64,000 nucleotides of DNA from Tubulanus polymorphus (Eukaryota; Animalia; Nemertea). Made by a program: the position numbers and the translations under genes. Location of the stretch: NCBI RefSeq assembly GCF_964204645.1, contig NC_134031.1:4774001-4838000 (forward strand), written 5' to 3'. This document shows, one piece after another, positions 1-12,697 of this stretch (position 1 is its first letter; every line of letters begins with the position of its first letter). Under the pieces are notes generated by a model, which searched no databases, had not been told where the DNA came from, and saw only the letters and a list, made by a program, of their open reading frames with translations.

Positions 1-3000
1 CCTCGCGCCATTTTAGTCGATGATATGTTATTGTATCCTTTAAAAATTTTGGGGAAAAAAACTCGCGCCATTTTTGAAGATGAAATCACTAAATAATAAC
101 CATGCAAATTGTATCAAAACTACACACAGCGTCTTACATAATTTTGAATTGAATTGTACATTAGGGTTCTATCGCCTTTGATTCGCAGATAAAAGACCAC
201 AGTGAAAGTACCCATACTCGATACATTTGATAAAAACAATAGCCATTTTATTAAATGAAAATCTACACCATTTGATTAGACAAAATCTCATGAATTACCG
301 CAATACGTCGACATAACTACACAGTACCGATAAAAGGTACTTTACAGGTTTTAGATGACAGCACTCCCAAATCTCCCAAATTGAATTTTCATAGAATGCA
401 GACAACATCAGAGCTGTATCGGGAATCTAACCCCACAGCCTGAAACCTTCACGGCCGCCAACCCGACTGCTGGCTTCAAGCCCGACTGTATGACGCTGAA
501 CAGGAAATGTATCGGTCAGACAGGGTCAGTTGGTGGTTTCCTGGCCTTAGTTTGATGAATCTTGCCAGTGTGCTCCGCCGGTGCGAGCCAGATACTGGTC
601 CAGGGTTCACACGGTTTTCATCGGTAGGTCTGGGGAGGGGGCCAGACAATCCAGCACGGGCCGCTGTCGGGAGGAGTCAGCTAAAGTTAGTGAAGGGCTG
701 CAACATTTCTCAGAAAGTCATTACATTTGGACCCTTTTTACTGTTTAATTTGACTTATTTGAAGCATTTGCACAGAAAATCAGTTTCGAAATCAACATAT
801 TTACTTACGATGATACGCTTTGAAAAGTATCATTCGGGATATTTTTGAACACATAATCTCTGATTAATTAGTTACGTTTTAGATTTTGGCAGACAACACT
901 CAAACTTTACAGATAAATGTACAACTCAATCGCGCCATTTTTAAGATGAAATGTCACAGTGCATCATGACTACAGAACAGTAAGGTAGGTTTAAGCGAAA
1001 AGATGAAATCTAAGATGAATGACCACATACCCCCGGTGTAATCTACTGTCACCTATGGCGATTATCCATACAAAAATGGATTTGTTTTTTTGGTCACCTC
1101 ATCCTCTTTGACTGACTTTTCGGCAAGTTTTGCGTTGCAAGTCCCGTGGCCTATCTCTTGCACTTTTTTCAGTCCAGTTCAGGTCAGTTTGTTTTCAGCC
1201 CAAGGACATTTATCTGGTCATAATTGCAGAAACTTCAGTTAGTCCTCGAAAATTTTCCAGTGATGATTTCAGAGTTTAACACGATTTGGTGTAGGCAATT
1301 ACATCATCGGTTCATAGCATGACAGCACTCCCAGACTTCACAGACAAAATACAACACTATCAACAATCATAATTCACTCTCATCTAATTTTGAAAAAAAA
1401 ACAAATCGCGCCATTTTTAAGATGAAATCTCTGAAGATCGAATGACCAAAGTGCATCAAGACTACACAGTGTCAAGGTAGGTTTAAGTGCGAAAAATATG
1501 ACATCTTGGATGAATAACTACATCTCCTCATTATAATCTTGTGTCGTCAACTATGGCGACCACGAACATACATACAAAAAATGCATTTGTTTTTGGGTCT
1601 CCTCTCTCTCTTCTCTATGACTGATTTTTCAGCAGGTTTTGCAAGTCCCCTCTTTGCATTGTTTTAGGTCCAGGATCGTTCCTTGGCTGGTTTCAGCCCA
1701 AAAAAAACTATATAATCATAATTGCTGATATTTAAAGGTGACAGCCCTCCCTTAAAAACCACACTACCAGTAATCCTGCTTCACACATTTGATGAAGCCT
1801 CGCGCCATTTTAGTCGATGATATGTTATTGTATCCTTTAAAAATTTTGGAAAAAAAACTCGCGCCATTTTTGAAGATGAAATCACTAAATAATAACCATG
1901 CAAATTGTATCAAAACTACACACAGCGTCTTTCATAATTTTGAATTGAATTGTACATTAGGGTTCTATCGCCTTTGATTCGCAGATAAAAGACCACAGTG
2001 AAAGCACCCATACTCGATACATTTGATAAAAACAATAGCCATTTTATTCAATGAAAATCTACACCATTTAATTTGACATAATCTGATGAATTACCGCAAT
2101 ACGTCGACATGACACAGTACCGATAAAAGGTACTTTATAGGTTTTAGATGACAGCACTCCCAAATTGAATTTTCATAGAATGCAGACAACATCAGAGCTG
2201 TATAGGGAATCTAACCCCACAGCCTGAAACCTTCACGGCCGCCAACCCGACTGCTGGCTTCAAGCCCGACTGTATGACGCTGAACAGGAAATGTATCGGT
2301 CAGACAGGGTCAGTTGGTGGTTTCCTGGCCTTAGCTTGATGAATCTTGCCAGTGCGCTCCGCCGGTGCGAGCCAGATACTGGTCCAGGGTTCACACGGTT
2401 TTCATCGGTAGGTCTGGGGAGGGGGCCAGACAATCCAGCACGGGCCGCTGTCGGGAGGAGTCAGCTAAAGTTAGTGAAGGGCTGCAACATTTCTCAGAAA
2501 GTCATTACATTTGAACCCTTTTTACTGTTTAATTCGACTTATTTGAAGCATTTGCACAGAAAATCAGTTTCGAAATCAACATATTTACTTACGATGATAC
2601 GCTTTGAAAAGTATCATTCGGGATATTTTTGAACACATAATCTCTGATTAATAAGCTACGTTATAGATTTTGGCAGACAACACTCATTTTTTACAGATAA
2701 ATGTACAACTCAATCGCGCCATTTTTAAGATGAAATGTCACAGTGCGTCATGACTACAGAACAGTAAGGTAGGTTTAAGCGAAAAGATGAAATCTTAGAT
2801 GAATGACCACATGCCCCCGGTGTAATCTACTGTCACCAATGGCGATCATCCATACAAAAATGGATTTGTTTTTTTTTTTGTCACCTCATCCTCTTTGACT
2901 GACTATTCGGCAAGTTTTGCGTTGCAAGTCCCCTGGCCTATCTCTGCACTGCACTGTTTTCAGTCCAGTTCAGGTCAGTCTGTTTTCAGCCCAAGGATAT

Positions 3001-6000
3001 TTATCTGGTCATAATTGCAGAAACTTCAGTTAGTCCTCGAAAATTTTCCAGTGATGATTTCAGAGTTTAACACGATTTGGTGTAGGCAATTACATCATCG
3101 GTTCATAGCATGACAGCACTCCCAGACTTCACAGACAAAATACAACACTATCAACAATCATAATTCACTCTCATCTAATTTTGAAAAAAAAACAAATCGC
3201 GCCATTTTTAAGATGAAATCTCTGAAGATCGAATGACCAAAGTGCATCAAGACTACACAGTGTCAAGGTAGGTTTAAGTGCGAAAAATATGACATCTTGG
3301 ATGAATAACTACATCTCCTCATTATAATCTTGTGTCGTCAACTATGGCGACCACGAACATACATACAAAAAATGCATTTGTTTTTGGGTCTCCTCTCTCT
3401 TCTCTATGACTGATTTTTCAGCAGGTTTTGCAAGTCCCCTCTCTCTTTGCATTGTTTTAGGTCCAGGATCGTTCATTGGCTGGTTTCAGCCCAAAAAAAA
3501 CTATCTAATCATAATCGCTGATATTTAAAGGTGACAGCCCTCCCCAAAAAACCACACTGCCAGTAATCCTGCTTCACACATTTGATGAAGCCTCGCGCCA
3601 TTTTAGTCGATGATATGTTATTGTATCCTTTAAAAATTTTGGAAAAAAAACTCGCGCCATTTTTGAAGATGAAATCACTAAATAATAACCATGCAAATTG
3701 TATCAAAACTACACACAGGGTCTTTCATAATTTTGAATTGAATTGTACATTAGGGTTCTATCGCCTTTGATTCGCAGATAAAAGACCACAGTGAAAGCAC
3801 CCATACTCGATACATTTGATAAAAACAATAGCCATTTTATTCAATGAAAATCTACACCATTTAATTTGACATAATCTGATGAATTACCGCAATACGTCGA
3901 CATGACACAGTACCGATAAAAGGTACTTTATAGGTTTTAGATGACAGCACTCCCAAATTGAATTTTCATAGAATGCAGACAACATCAGAGCTGTATAGGG
4001 AATCTAACCCCACAGCCTGAAACCTTCACGGCCGCCAACCCGACTGCTGGCTTCAAGCCCGACTGTATGACGCTGAACAGGAAATGTATCGGTCAGACAG
4101 GGTCAGTTGGTGGTTTCCTGGCCTTAGTTTGATGAATCTTGCCAGTGCGCTCCGCCGGTGCGAGCCAGATACTGGTCCAGGGTTCACACGGTTTTCATCG
4201 GTAGGTCTGGGGAGGGGGCCAGACAATCCAGCACGGGCCGCTGTCGGGAGGAGTCAGCTAAAGTTAGTGAAGGGCTGCAACATTTCTCAGAAAGTCATTA
4301 CATTTGGACCCTTTTTACTGTTTAATTTGACTTATTTGAAGCATTTGCACAGAAAATCAGTTTCGAAATCAAAATATTTACTTACGATGATACGCTTTGA
4401 AAAGTATCATTCGGGATATTTTTGAACACATAATCTCTGATTAATAAGCTACGTTATAGATTTTGGCAGACAACACTCAAACTTTACAGATAAATGTACA
4501 ACTCAATCGCGCCATTTTTAAGATGAAATGTCACAGTGCATCATGACTACAGAATAGTAAGGTAGGTTTAAGCGAAAAGATGAAATCTTAGATGAATGAC
4601 CACATGCCCCCGGTGTAATCTACTGTCCCCTATGGCGATCATCCATACAAAAATGGATTTGTTTTTTTTTTGGTCACCTCATCCTCTTTGACTGACTTTT
4701 CGGCAAGTTTTGCGTTGCAAGTCCCCTGGCCTATCTCTGCACTGCACTGTTTTCAGTCCAGTTCAGGTCAGTCTGTTTTCAGCCCAAGGATATTTATCTG
4801 GTCATAATTGCAGAAACTTCAGTTAGTCCTTGAAAATTTTCCAGTGGTGATTCCAGAGTTTAACACGATTTAGTGTAGGCAATTACATCATCGGTTCATA
4901 GCATGACAGCACTCCCAGACTTCACAGACAAAATACGACACTATCAGCAATCATAATTCACTCTCATCTAATTTTGAAAAAAAGCAAATCGCGCCATTTT
5001 TATGATGAAATCTCTGAAGATCGAATGACCAAAGTGCATCAAGACTACACAGTGTCAAGGTAGGTTTAAGTGCGAAAAATATGACATCTTGGATGAATAA
5101 CTACATCTCATTATAATCTAGTGTCGTCAACTATAGCTACCACGAACATACATACAAAAAATGCATTTGCTTTTGGGTCTCCTCTCTCTCTTCTCTATGA
5201 CTGATTTTTCAGCAGGTTTTGCAAGTCCAATCTCTCTTTGCATTGTTTTAGGTCCAGGATCGTTCATTCAGCCCAAAAAAAACTATCTAATCATAATCGC
5301 TGATATTTAAAGGTGACAGCCCTCCCCAAAAAACCACACTGCCAGTAATCCTGCTTCACACATTTGATGAAACCTCGCGCCATTTTAGTCGATGATATGT
5401 TATTGTATCCTTTAAAAATTTTAGAAAAAAAAACTCGCGCCATTTTTGAAGATGAAATCACTAAATAATAACCATGCAAATTGTATCAAAACTACACACA
5501 GCGTCTTACATAATTTTGAATTGAATTGTACATTAGGGTTCTGTTGCCTTTGATTCGCAGATAAAAGACAACAGTGAAAGTACCCATACTCGATACATTT
5601 GATAAAAACAATAGCCATTTTATTAATTGAAAATCTACACCATTTAATTAGACATAATCGTATGAATTACCGCAATACGTCGATATAACTACACAGTACC
5701 GATAAAAGGTACTTTATAGGTTTTAGATGACAGCACTCCCAAATTGAATTTTCATAGAATGCAGACAACATCAGAGCTGTATCGGGAATCTAACCCCACA
5801 GCCTGAAACCTTCACGGCCGCCAACCCGACTGCTGGCTTCAAGCCCGACTGTATGACGCTGAACAGGAAATGTATCGGTCAGACAGGGTCAGTTGGTGGT
5901 TTCCTGGCCTTAGTTTGATGAATCTTGCCAGTGCGCTCCGCCGGTGCGAGCCAGATACTGGTCCAGGGTTCACACGGTTTTCATCGGTAGGTCTGGGGAG

Positions 6001-9000
6001 GGGGCCAGACAATCCAGCACGGGCCGCTGTCGGGAGGAGTCAGCTAAAGTTAGTGAAGGGCTGCAACATTTCTCAGAAAGTCATTACATTTGGAACCTTT
6101 TTACTGTTTAATTTGACTTATTTGAAGCATTTGCACAGAAAATCAGTTTCGAAATCAAAATATTTACTTACGATGATACGCTTTGAAAAGTATCATTCGG
6201 GATATTTTTGAACACATAATCTCTGATTAATGAGCTACGTTATAGATTTTGGCAGACAACACTCAAACTTTACAGGTAAATGTACAACTCAATCGCGCCA
6301 TTTTTAAGATGAAATGTCACAATGCATCATTCTACAGAACAGTAAGGTAGGTTTAAGCGAAAAGATGAAATCTTAGACGAATGACCACATACCCCCGGTG
6401 TAATCTACTGTCACCTATGGCGATCATCCATACAAAAATGAATTTGTTTTTTTTTGGTCACCTCATCCTCTTTGACTGACTTTTTCGGCAAGTTTTGCGT
6501 TGCAAGTCCCCTGGCCTCTCTGCACTGTTTCAGTCCAGTTCAGGTCAGTCTCTTTTCAGCCCAAGGATATTTATCTGGTCATAATTGCAGAAACTTCAGT
6601 TAGTCCTCGAAAATTTTCCAGTGATGATTTCAGAGTTTAACACGATTTAGTGTAGGCAATTACATCATCGGTTCATAGCATGACAGCACTCCCAGACTTC
6701 ACAGACAAAATACAACACTATCAGCAATCATAATTCACTCTCATCTAATTTTGAAAAAAAACAAATCGCGCCATTTTTAAGATGAAATCTCTGAAGATCG
6801 AATGACCAAAGTGCATCAAGACTACACAGTGTCAAGGTAGGTTTAAGTGCGAAAAATATGACATCTAGGATGAATAACTACATCTCCTCATTATAATCTA
6901 GTGTCATCAACTATGGCGACCACGAACATACATACAAAAAATGCATTTGTTTTTGGGTCTCCTCTCTCTTCTCTATGACTGATTTTTCAGCAGGTTTTGC
7001 AAGTCCCCTCTCTCTTTGCATTGTTTTAGGTCCAGGATCGTTCATTGGCTGGTTTCAGCCCACGAATATCTATCCAATCATAATTGCTGATATTTTAAGG
7101 TGACAGCCCTCCCTTAAAAACCACACTACCAGTAATCCTGCTTCACACATTTGATGAAGCCTCGCGCCATTTTAGTCGATGATATGTTATTGTATCCTTT
7201 AAAAATTTTAGAAAAAAAAACTCGCGCCATTTTTGAAGATGAAGTCACTAAATAATAACCATGCAAATTGTATCAAAACTACACACAGCGTCTTACATAA
7301 TTTTGAATTGAATTGTACATTAGGGTTCTATCGCCTATGATTCGCAGATAAAAGACCACAGTAAAAGTACCCATACTCGATACATTTGATAAAAACAATA
7401 GCCATTTTATTAAATGAAAATCTACACCATTTAATTAGACATAATCTTATGAATTACCGCAATACGTCGACATAACTACACAGTACCGATAAAAGGTACT
7501 TTATAGGTTTTAGATGACAGCACTCCCAAATTGAATTTTCATAGAATGCAGACAACATCAGAGCTGTATCGGGAATCTAACCCCACAGCCTGAAACCTTC
7601 ACGGCCGCCAACCCGACTGCTGGCTTCAAGCCCGACTGTATGACGCTGAACAGGAAATGTATCGGTCAGACAGGGTCAGTTGGTGGTTTCCTGGCCTTAG
7701 TTTGATGAATCTTGCCAGTGCGCTCCGCCGGTGCGAGCCAGATACTGGTCCAGGGTTCACACGGTTTTCATCGGTAGGTCTGGGGAGGGGGCCAGACAAT
7801 CCAGCACGGGCCGCTGTCGGGAGGAGTCAGCTAAAGTTAGTGAAAGGCTGCAACATTTCTCAGAAAGTCATTACATTTGAACCCTTTTTACTGTTTAATT
7901 CGACTTATTTGAAGCATTTGCACAGAAAATCAGTTTCGAAATCAACATATTTACTTACGATGATACGCTTTGAAAAGTATCATTCGGGATATTTTTGAAC
8001 ACATAATCTCTGATTAATAAGCTACGTTATAGATTTTGGCAGACAACACTCAAACTTTACAGATAAATGTACAACTCAATCGCGCCATTTTTAAGATGAA
8101 ATGTCACAGTGCGACATGACTACAGAACAGTAAGGTAGGTTTAAGCGAAAAGATGAAATCTTAGATGAATGACCACATGCCCCCGGTGTAATCTACTGTC
8201 ACCAATGGCGATCATCCATACAAAAATGGATTTTTTTTTTTTTTTTGGTCACCTCATCCTCTTTGACTGACTTTTCGGCAAGTTTTGCGTTGCAAGTCCC
8301 CTGGCCTATCTCTGCACTGCACTGTTTTCAGTCCATTTCAGGTCAGTCTGTTTTCAGCCCAAGGATATTTATCTGGTCATAATTGCAGAAACTTCAGTTA
8401 GTCCTCGAAAATTTTCCAGTGATGATTCCAGAGTTTAACATGATTTGGTGTAGGCAATTACATCATCGGTTCATAGCATGACAGCACTCCCAGACTTCAC
8501 AGACAAAATACAACACTATCAACAATCATAATTCACTCTCATCTAATTTTGAAAAAAAAACAAATCGCGCCATTTTTAAGATGAAATCTCTGAAGATCGA
8601 ATGACCAAAGTGCATCAAGACTACACAGTGTCAAGGTAGGTTTAAGTGCGAAAAATATGACATCTTGGATGAATAACTACATCTCCTCATTATAATCTTG
8701 TGTCGTCAACTATGGCGACCACGAACATACATACAAAAAATGCATTTGTTTTTGGGTCTCCTCTCTCTCTTCTCTATGACTGATTTTTCAGCAGGTTTTG
8801 CAAGTCCCCTCTCTCTTTGCATTGTTTTAGGTCCAGGATCGTTCATTGGCTGGTTTCAGCCCAAAAAAAACTATCTAATCATAATCGCTGATATTTAAAG
8901 GTGACAGCCCTCCCCAAAAAACCACACTGCCAGTAATCCTGCTTCACACATTTGATGAAGCCTCGCGCCATTTTAGTCGATGATATGTTATTGTATCCTT

Positions 9001-9293
9001 TAAAAATTTTTGGAAAAAAAACTCGCGCCATTTTTGAAGATGAAATCACTAAATAATAACCATGCAAATTGTATCAAAACTACACACAGCGTCTTACATA
9101 ATTTTGAATTGAATTGTACATGAGGGTTCTATCGCCTTTGATTCACAGATAAAAGACCGCAGTGAAAGTACCCATACTCGATACATTTGATAAAAACAAT
9201 AGCCATTTTATCAAATGAAAATCTACACCATTTAATTAGACATAATCTTATGAATTACCGCAATACGTCGACATAACTACACAGTACCGATAA
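1..9293. repeat. Tandem array of ~1.79 kb units (5 full units plus a partial sixth; probably continues left of the window)
   Basis: The unit-start string CCTCGCGCCATTTTAGTCG recurs at 1, 1798, 3591, 5373, 7160 and 8961 (periods 1797, 1793, 1782, 1787, 1801). Copies differ by scattered substitutions and homopolymer indels. Identity stops after ...ACAGTACCGATAA at ~9293. Confidence 0.98.
411..708 (+). ncRNA. Candidate structured ncRNA of unknown family, copy 1 of 5 (others at 2195-2492, 3988-4285, 5774-6071, 7561-7858)
   Basis: GC-rich island in an AT-rich unit, with no indels among the 5 copies. Hand-found helices: GGCCGCCAAC/GTTGGTGGTT, CTGGCCTT/GGGGCCAG, TTGATGAA/TTCATCGG, GCCAGT/ACTGGT, CCTTCAC/GTGAAGG. 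G-U pairs favour the + strand. A T5 run lies at 735-739. Boundaries are approximate. Confidence 0.4.
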
Positions 9294-11021
9294 TAAATTT
9301 TGAAAAAGAACTTGCGCCATCTTTAAGATTTTATGTTTCTCCTAACAGATCGGGTCATTTGTGGACTGCAATAGAATACGTTAACAGTTCCTATCGGGTC
9401 TGTAATGGTTAGCTTGCCCATGACTTAAAATTAGGTAATGTACAGGGAAGAAAGGCCGGATCTACATTAAAGCTCATCAGAAAGGAGAAACACGGTATCA
9501 TTTCTTTACATCATCATTTTTTTCATTTTCATACAGTCCCTAGAGAGCCAGTGTGTTAGAACTATTATAATAAGCAGTTCTCATTTCCATTCTCCCGGTA
9601 ACGATTCCTTCTGTTTTCTGATTCCTTGTTTTTTCTAGTTCCAGAGTTGATGGCGAAACTCGAAAAATCGAAGCTTGGGTGAAAGAAAAGGAAATTTCTT
9701 GAATACCCGTATCATTTTCACATAAACATGTATCTACATTATTTATTATTTACGATTCTTGTGTCGTTTTACTTAAACTTTTCCTGATTGAAATAGAAAT
9801 TGTCCGCTCTCCTTGTCTGATAATTATGTTAAAAAAACTATATCAAAATGTCCCTCATTCTTCTCTTAGAAATTTTTTTTTACAGATTTGCTGTTTTTAT
9901 TTTTCCGTCTGAATTTTCTGCATAAAATAGGACTAGATATGGGCTGTCTTAGAGCCAAACATTTTTTACACTGCCCGACTCACTCACGATTTGAATTGAG
10001 AAAGCGCCATTTTCATCGTTTGGAACTACCAGGTAATTGGTGAATCCTCGATTGAGTCAACTGTGGAATTGATCATTTCATTTCGTTCCGCCGGTCTTAA
10101 ATTTTATATATGCGTAAGCGTTTAAGGAATGGGTTTTCTTTAAATTTTGTAGGGTTATAACCTAGAAATTCCTGAGATTAGTGTATTTCATGTATTTCTC
10201 TGAGCTATAGATTTATCAGTCTCATTGACTCATAGAAATCGTTACAATTTTCAACTAGATACCTGGCTCTTGAACTATAGTTCAAGAGCCATTTTATAGA
10301 ACAGTTTTAACTTAAACAAGCAAGAGCTGCCTCGCATCAACAAACCATGGACATGGACAAACCATGGACTAGCCCGACTTAAGACTCGTCGATGTTTAAA
10401 GACCATTTAAGCAAACCAAACCACAGAGCTCTCGTTCTTAAAGGTACATATTACAAAACTATGCGATGTAAGAAATACAAGAATATTTTGTGAATCAAAT
10501 AAAACAAAGCGAATAAAAACTATTGAAGTCAGAAAAATGAGTCTTGTCTAAAATAAGTACTTTGCCTTTACTGAACAAAAAAAAACATACACGTTTATTT
10601 TGACCACTTATAGCAACAGAAGAACAAAGATCAATGTCGCCCTTGAAAATTGACATAATGACACATCTGTGTATGAATAAATAGTGCCTTTGGAAACTTG
10701 ATTAAGATTGATGATGAGGTTAAAAACGTCGATGTAGTTTGTAGTTCGAGTTCATGTCTTTCTGTCACCTGATTACACGCTGCGTCAATATGTCAGAGCC
10801 ACGAAGATGGAAACAATAAGGTGTACCTGAAGAAAGTAGGCTAGATTACTGATTAACCCAATAAGAACATCAGCTCCAAAATATGGTTTCATATATTCAT
10901 TCGTATATATATATATACACGTACATTATTTTGATCGGTAAATGGATGAAACCGTAAGATTTCAAAGATATCCAAATTACCGGTACCACCCCAAAGCGTA
11001 AATACAGCCGAATAAAGAATG

Positions 11022-12257
11022 TTAGTAAATGTTTACGAACAAGGCGAGCATCAATGCGCTGCAGAAAAAATCCGGGATCTTGAAAACCGTTGCTCCAGAC
11101 TCAACGAATTTGTACGCGGTACAGTTTCCTCGCATTTTCATGAAGTCTCGCGGTTTACGCCATATTTTACAGTCACAATCGTAGTCCATACCCAGTACTT
11201 TATTACCGCCGCATTTTTTCGAGGCGTACCGCAAAAACGGTATGACGAACGGCTGGAAAATGTGTTTATTAAACAACAAATCGTATCTCTCGAATTCGTC
11301 CGGGGTGTGGCACACCCCTCGTACTGTGAATGTTTCGTATTTCAGAAGGTCGTACAACTCGCAACCGCAATGTATCGGGTTGTCGTCCAGGTAAAGGGTC
11401 GAATGCTCAAATCGACAAGGGTCGGTGACGAAATTAACTGACGTTAGATTGTTCGAGCTCAGATCGACGAAGATCGGCAAAGATGCGTTGGCGAATGCGG
11501 CGTCGGAGATGGACGACATCCCGTTCGAGGAGAACCCGTAATGAGTGTGTTTGTTGTTCGGTAGACCGGCTAGCGAATCGTTGTCCAAATATAGAATCGA
11601 GTTGTAACTTAAATCAATCCAATCCAGACTTCGAAGCGGCGATAGCGATTCTCTGGGTACGTCCCTAAGCCTCGTTCCTTGCAAGCATATCGACGTGAGG
11701 CTATTTTCGAGACCGCGAAAAGATGCGGACGTGAGGGTTAACGGGTTAAAACTGATATCGAGCCGGTCGAGATTTCGTACGGACATGAAAGCTCCGTCTG
11801 GAATGTTGGTGATGAAATTCTGACGCAGGTCTAGTCTGGTCAAATTAGGCGTATGTTGAAAAACGACGGGGAATGCGTTCATACGACATTTCACCATACT
11901 GAGCTTTTGGAGTCCGTCGATTCCGGCAAAAGCTTCCGCGTCGATTCGCCGTATCGGATTGTTATCTAGATTGATTTCTTTGATACTCATTCCTTCGAAT
12001 GAGAATCTATCGATGGTTGTTATGTGATTGAAGTTCAATTCGAGACTCGTAACCGGCAACGAGAAATTACGATATTTGAGATTCGGAACGTGACTAAGAT
12101 TTCGATACCTACAGCTGACGATGCGCTCGACTTTGCGGTTAAGCATTTTCTGGGTAGTACAGTCGCAAGGTCGAACGTCTGTGCAACCAGCACTTATCAG
12201 AATCTGCATCGATAAAATGAGCAGTGAAAAGAACTCAAATGTTTTTGACGATGCCAT
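11022..12257 (-). CDS. Secreted, probably GPI-anchored leucine-rich-repeat protein (signal peptide, LRRNT, ~9 LRRs, LRRCT, hydrophobic C-terminal tail), 411 aa, single coding exon
   Basis: Hydrophobic N-terminus FFSLLILSMQILISAG. LRRNT-like C..PCDC...C. LxxLxLxxN repeats (LTRLDLRQNFI, LDRLDISFNPL, LDWIDLSYNSI). LRRCT-like NPIHCGC. C-terminal FFCSALMLALFVNIY with no cytoplasmic tail. A 5'UTR acceptor (TTTTTTCTTTCAG on -) sits at ~12322. Confidence 0.9.
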   Translation of the reverse strand: MASSKTFEFFSLLILSMQILISAGCTDVRPCDCTTQKMLNRKVERIVSCRYRNLSHVPNLKYRNFSLPVTSLELNFNHITTIDRFSFEGMSIKEINLDNNPIRRIDAEAFAGIDGLQKLSMVKCRMNAFPVVFQHTPNLTRLDLRQNFITNIPDGAFMSVRNLDRLDISFNPLTLTSASFRGLENSLTSICLQGTRLRDVPRESLSPLRSLDWIDLSYNSILYLDNDSLAGLPNNKHTHYGFSSNGMSSISDAAFANASLPIFVDLSSNNLTSVNFVTDPCRFEHSTLYLDDNPIHCGCELYDLLKYETFTVRGVCHTPDEFERYDLLFNKHIFQPFVIPFLRYASKKCGGNKVLGMDYDCDCKIWRKPRDFMKMRGNCTAYKFVESGATVFKIPDFFCSALMLALFVNIY

Positions 12258-12697
12258 TTTTTGTCTTTAAGAACTACTCGATGTCAGACTCAATCATCCA
12301 TAATTACGCATTCTTTGTTTTCTGAAAGAAAAAATCCGATGGTTAATGCAGAGTCAGGAATGAAATAGTCTTCATAGCCCGGGGTCAGTTCCTATTCAAT
12401 TCAAGATACGACAGGATCGGCGAGGCAAACGCGCAGCTACGATGCCGATGGTACGCTTACACGTGTAGCACTTATGGTATAATTGCTAATCGTTTTTAAT
12501 TACAATCTGGCTTCTGAATTCGAAACATAGCTACAGGAAACATCTCCGACTTCATAAAACTACGGCTAATTGCGATAAACACGACACTGAAGGCGTTTTC
12601 CTTTCATATAGCAGCGCACTGGGTCGATCAACTGCGATATGGTTTTTCAGAAGAATAAATTGTGCGGTTAAGAAAATGCACCGTGCCTAAAAACCTG

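Noticed and set aside
421-440. CTAACCC as a telomerase RNA template in the array core
   Set aside because: Only 7 nt match (CCCTAA)n, which is too short for template plus alignment region. I found no U-rich/A-rich triple-helix pseudoknot and no convincing P6.1. It is not fully excluded, given the H/ACA-like 3' end.
411-500. Group II intron domain V-like GAGCTGTAT and twister-like GCTGG-CTTCAAGC-CCG in the core
   Set aside because: The domain V bulge and GNRA geometry are missing, as are the twister P1/P2 helices and pseudoknot partner.
507-848. 113 aa ORF repeated in all five array units
   Set aside because: There is no recognisable domain. It straddles the GC-rich core and the AT-rich spacer, and most differences between copies are non-synonymous (V/A, G/E, P/T, L/S, T/K). 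Its persistence is explained by unit identity.
1-9293. CRISPR array, or rDNA/5S/histone/snRNA repeat
   Set aside because: The context is eukaryotic, the units are kilobase-sized and near-identical with no unique spacers, and no rRNA, 5S, histone or U-snRNA signature sequences are present.
11019-12215. Plus-strand ORFs overlapping the LRR gene
   Set aside because: These are antisense shadows of a CG-rich coding region. The same applies to the ORFs overlapping TRIM, COX5B, 36829-37232 and 60006-60254.
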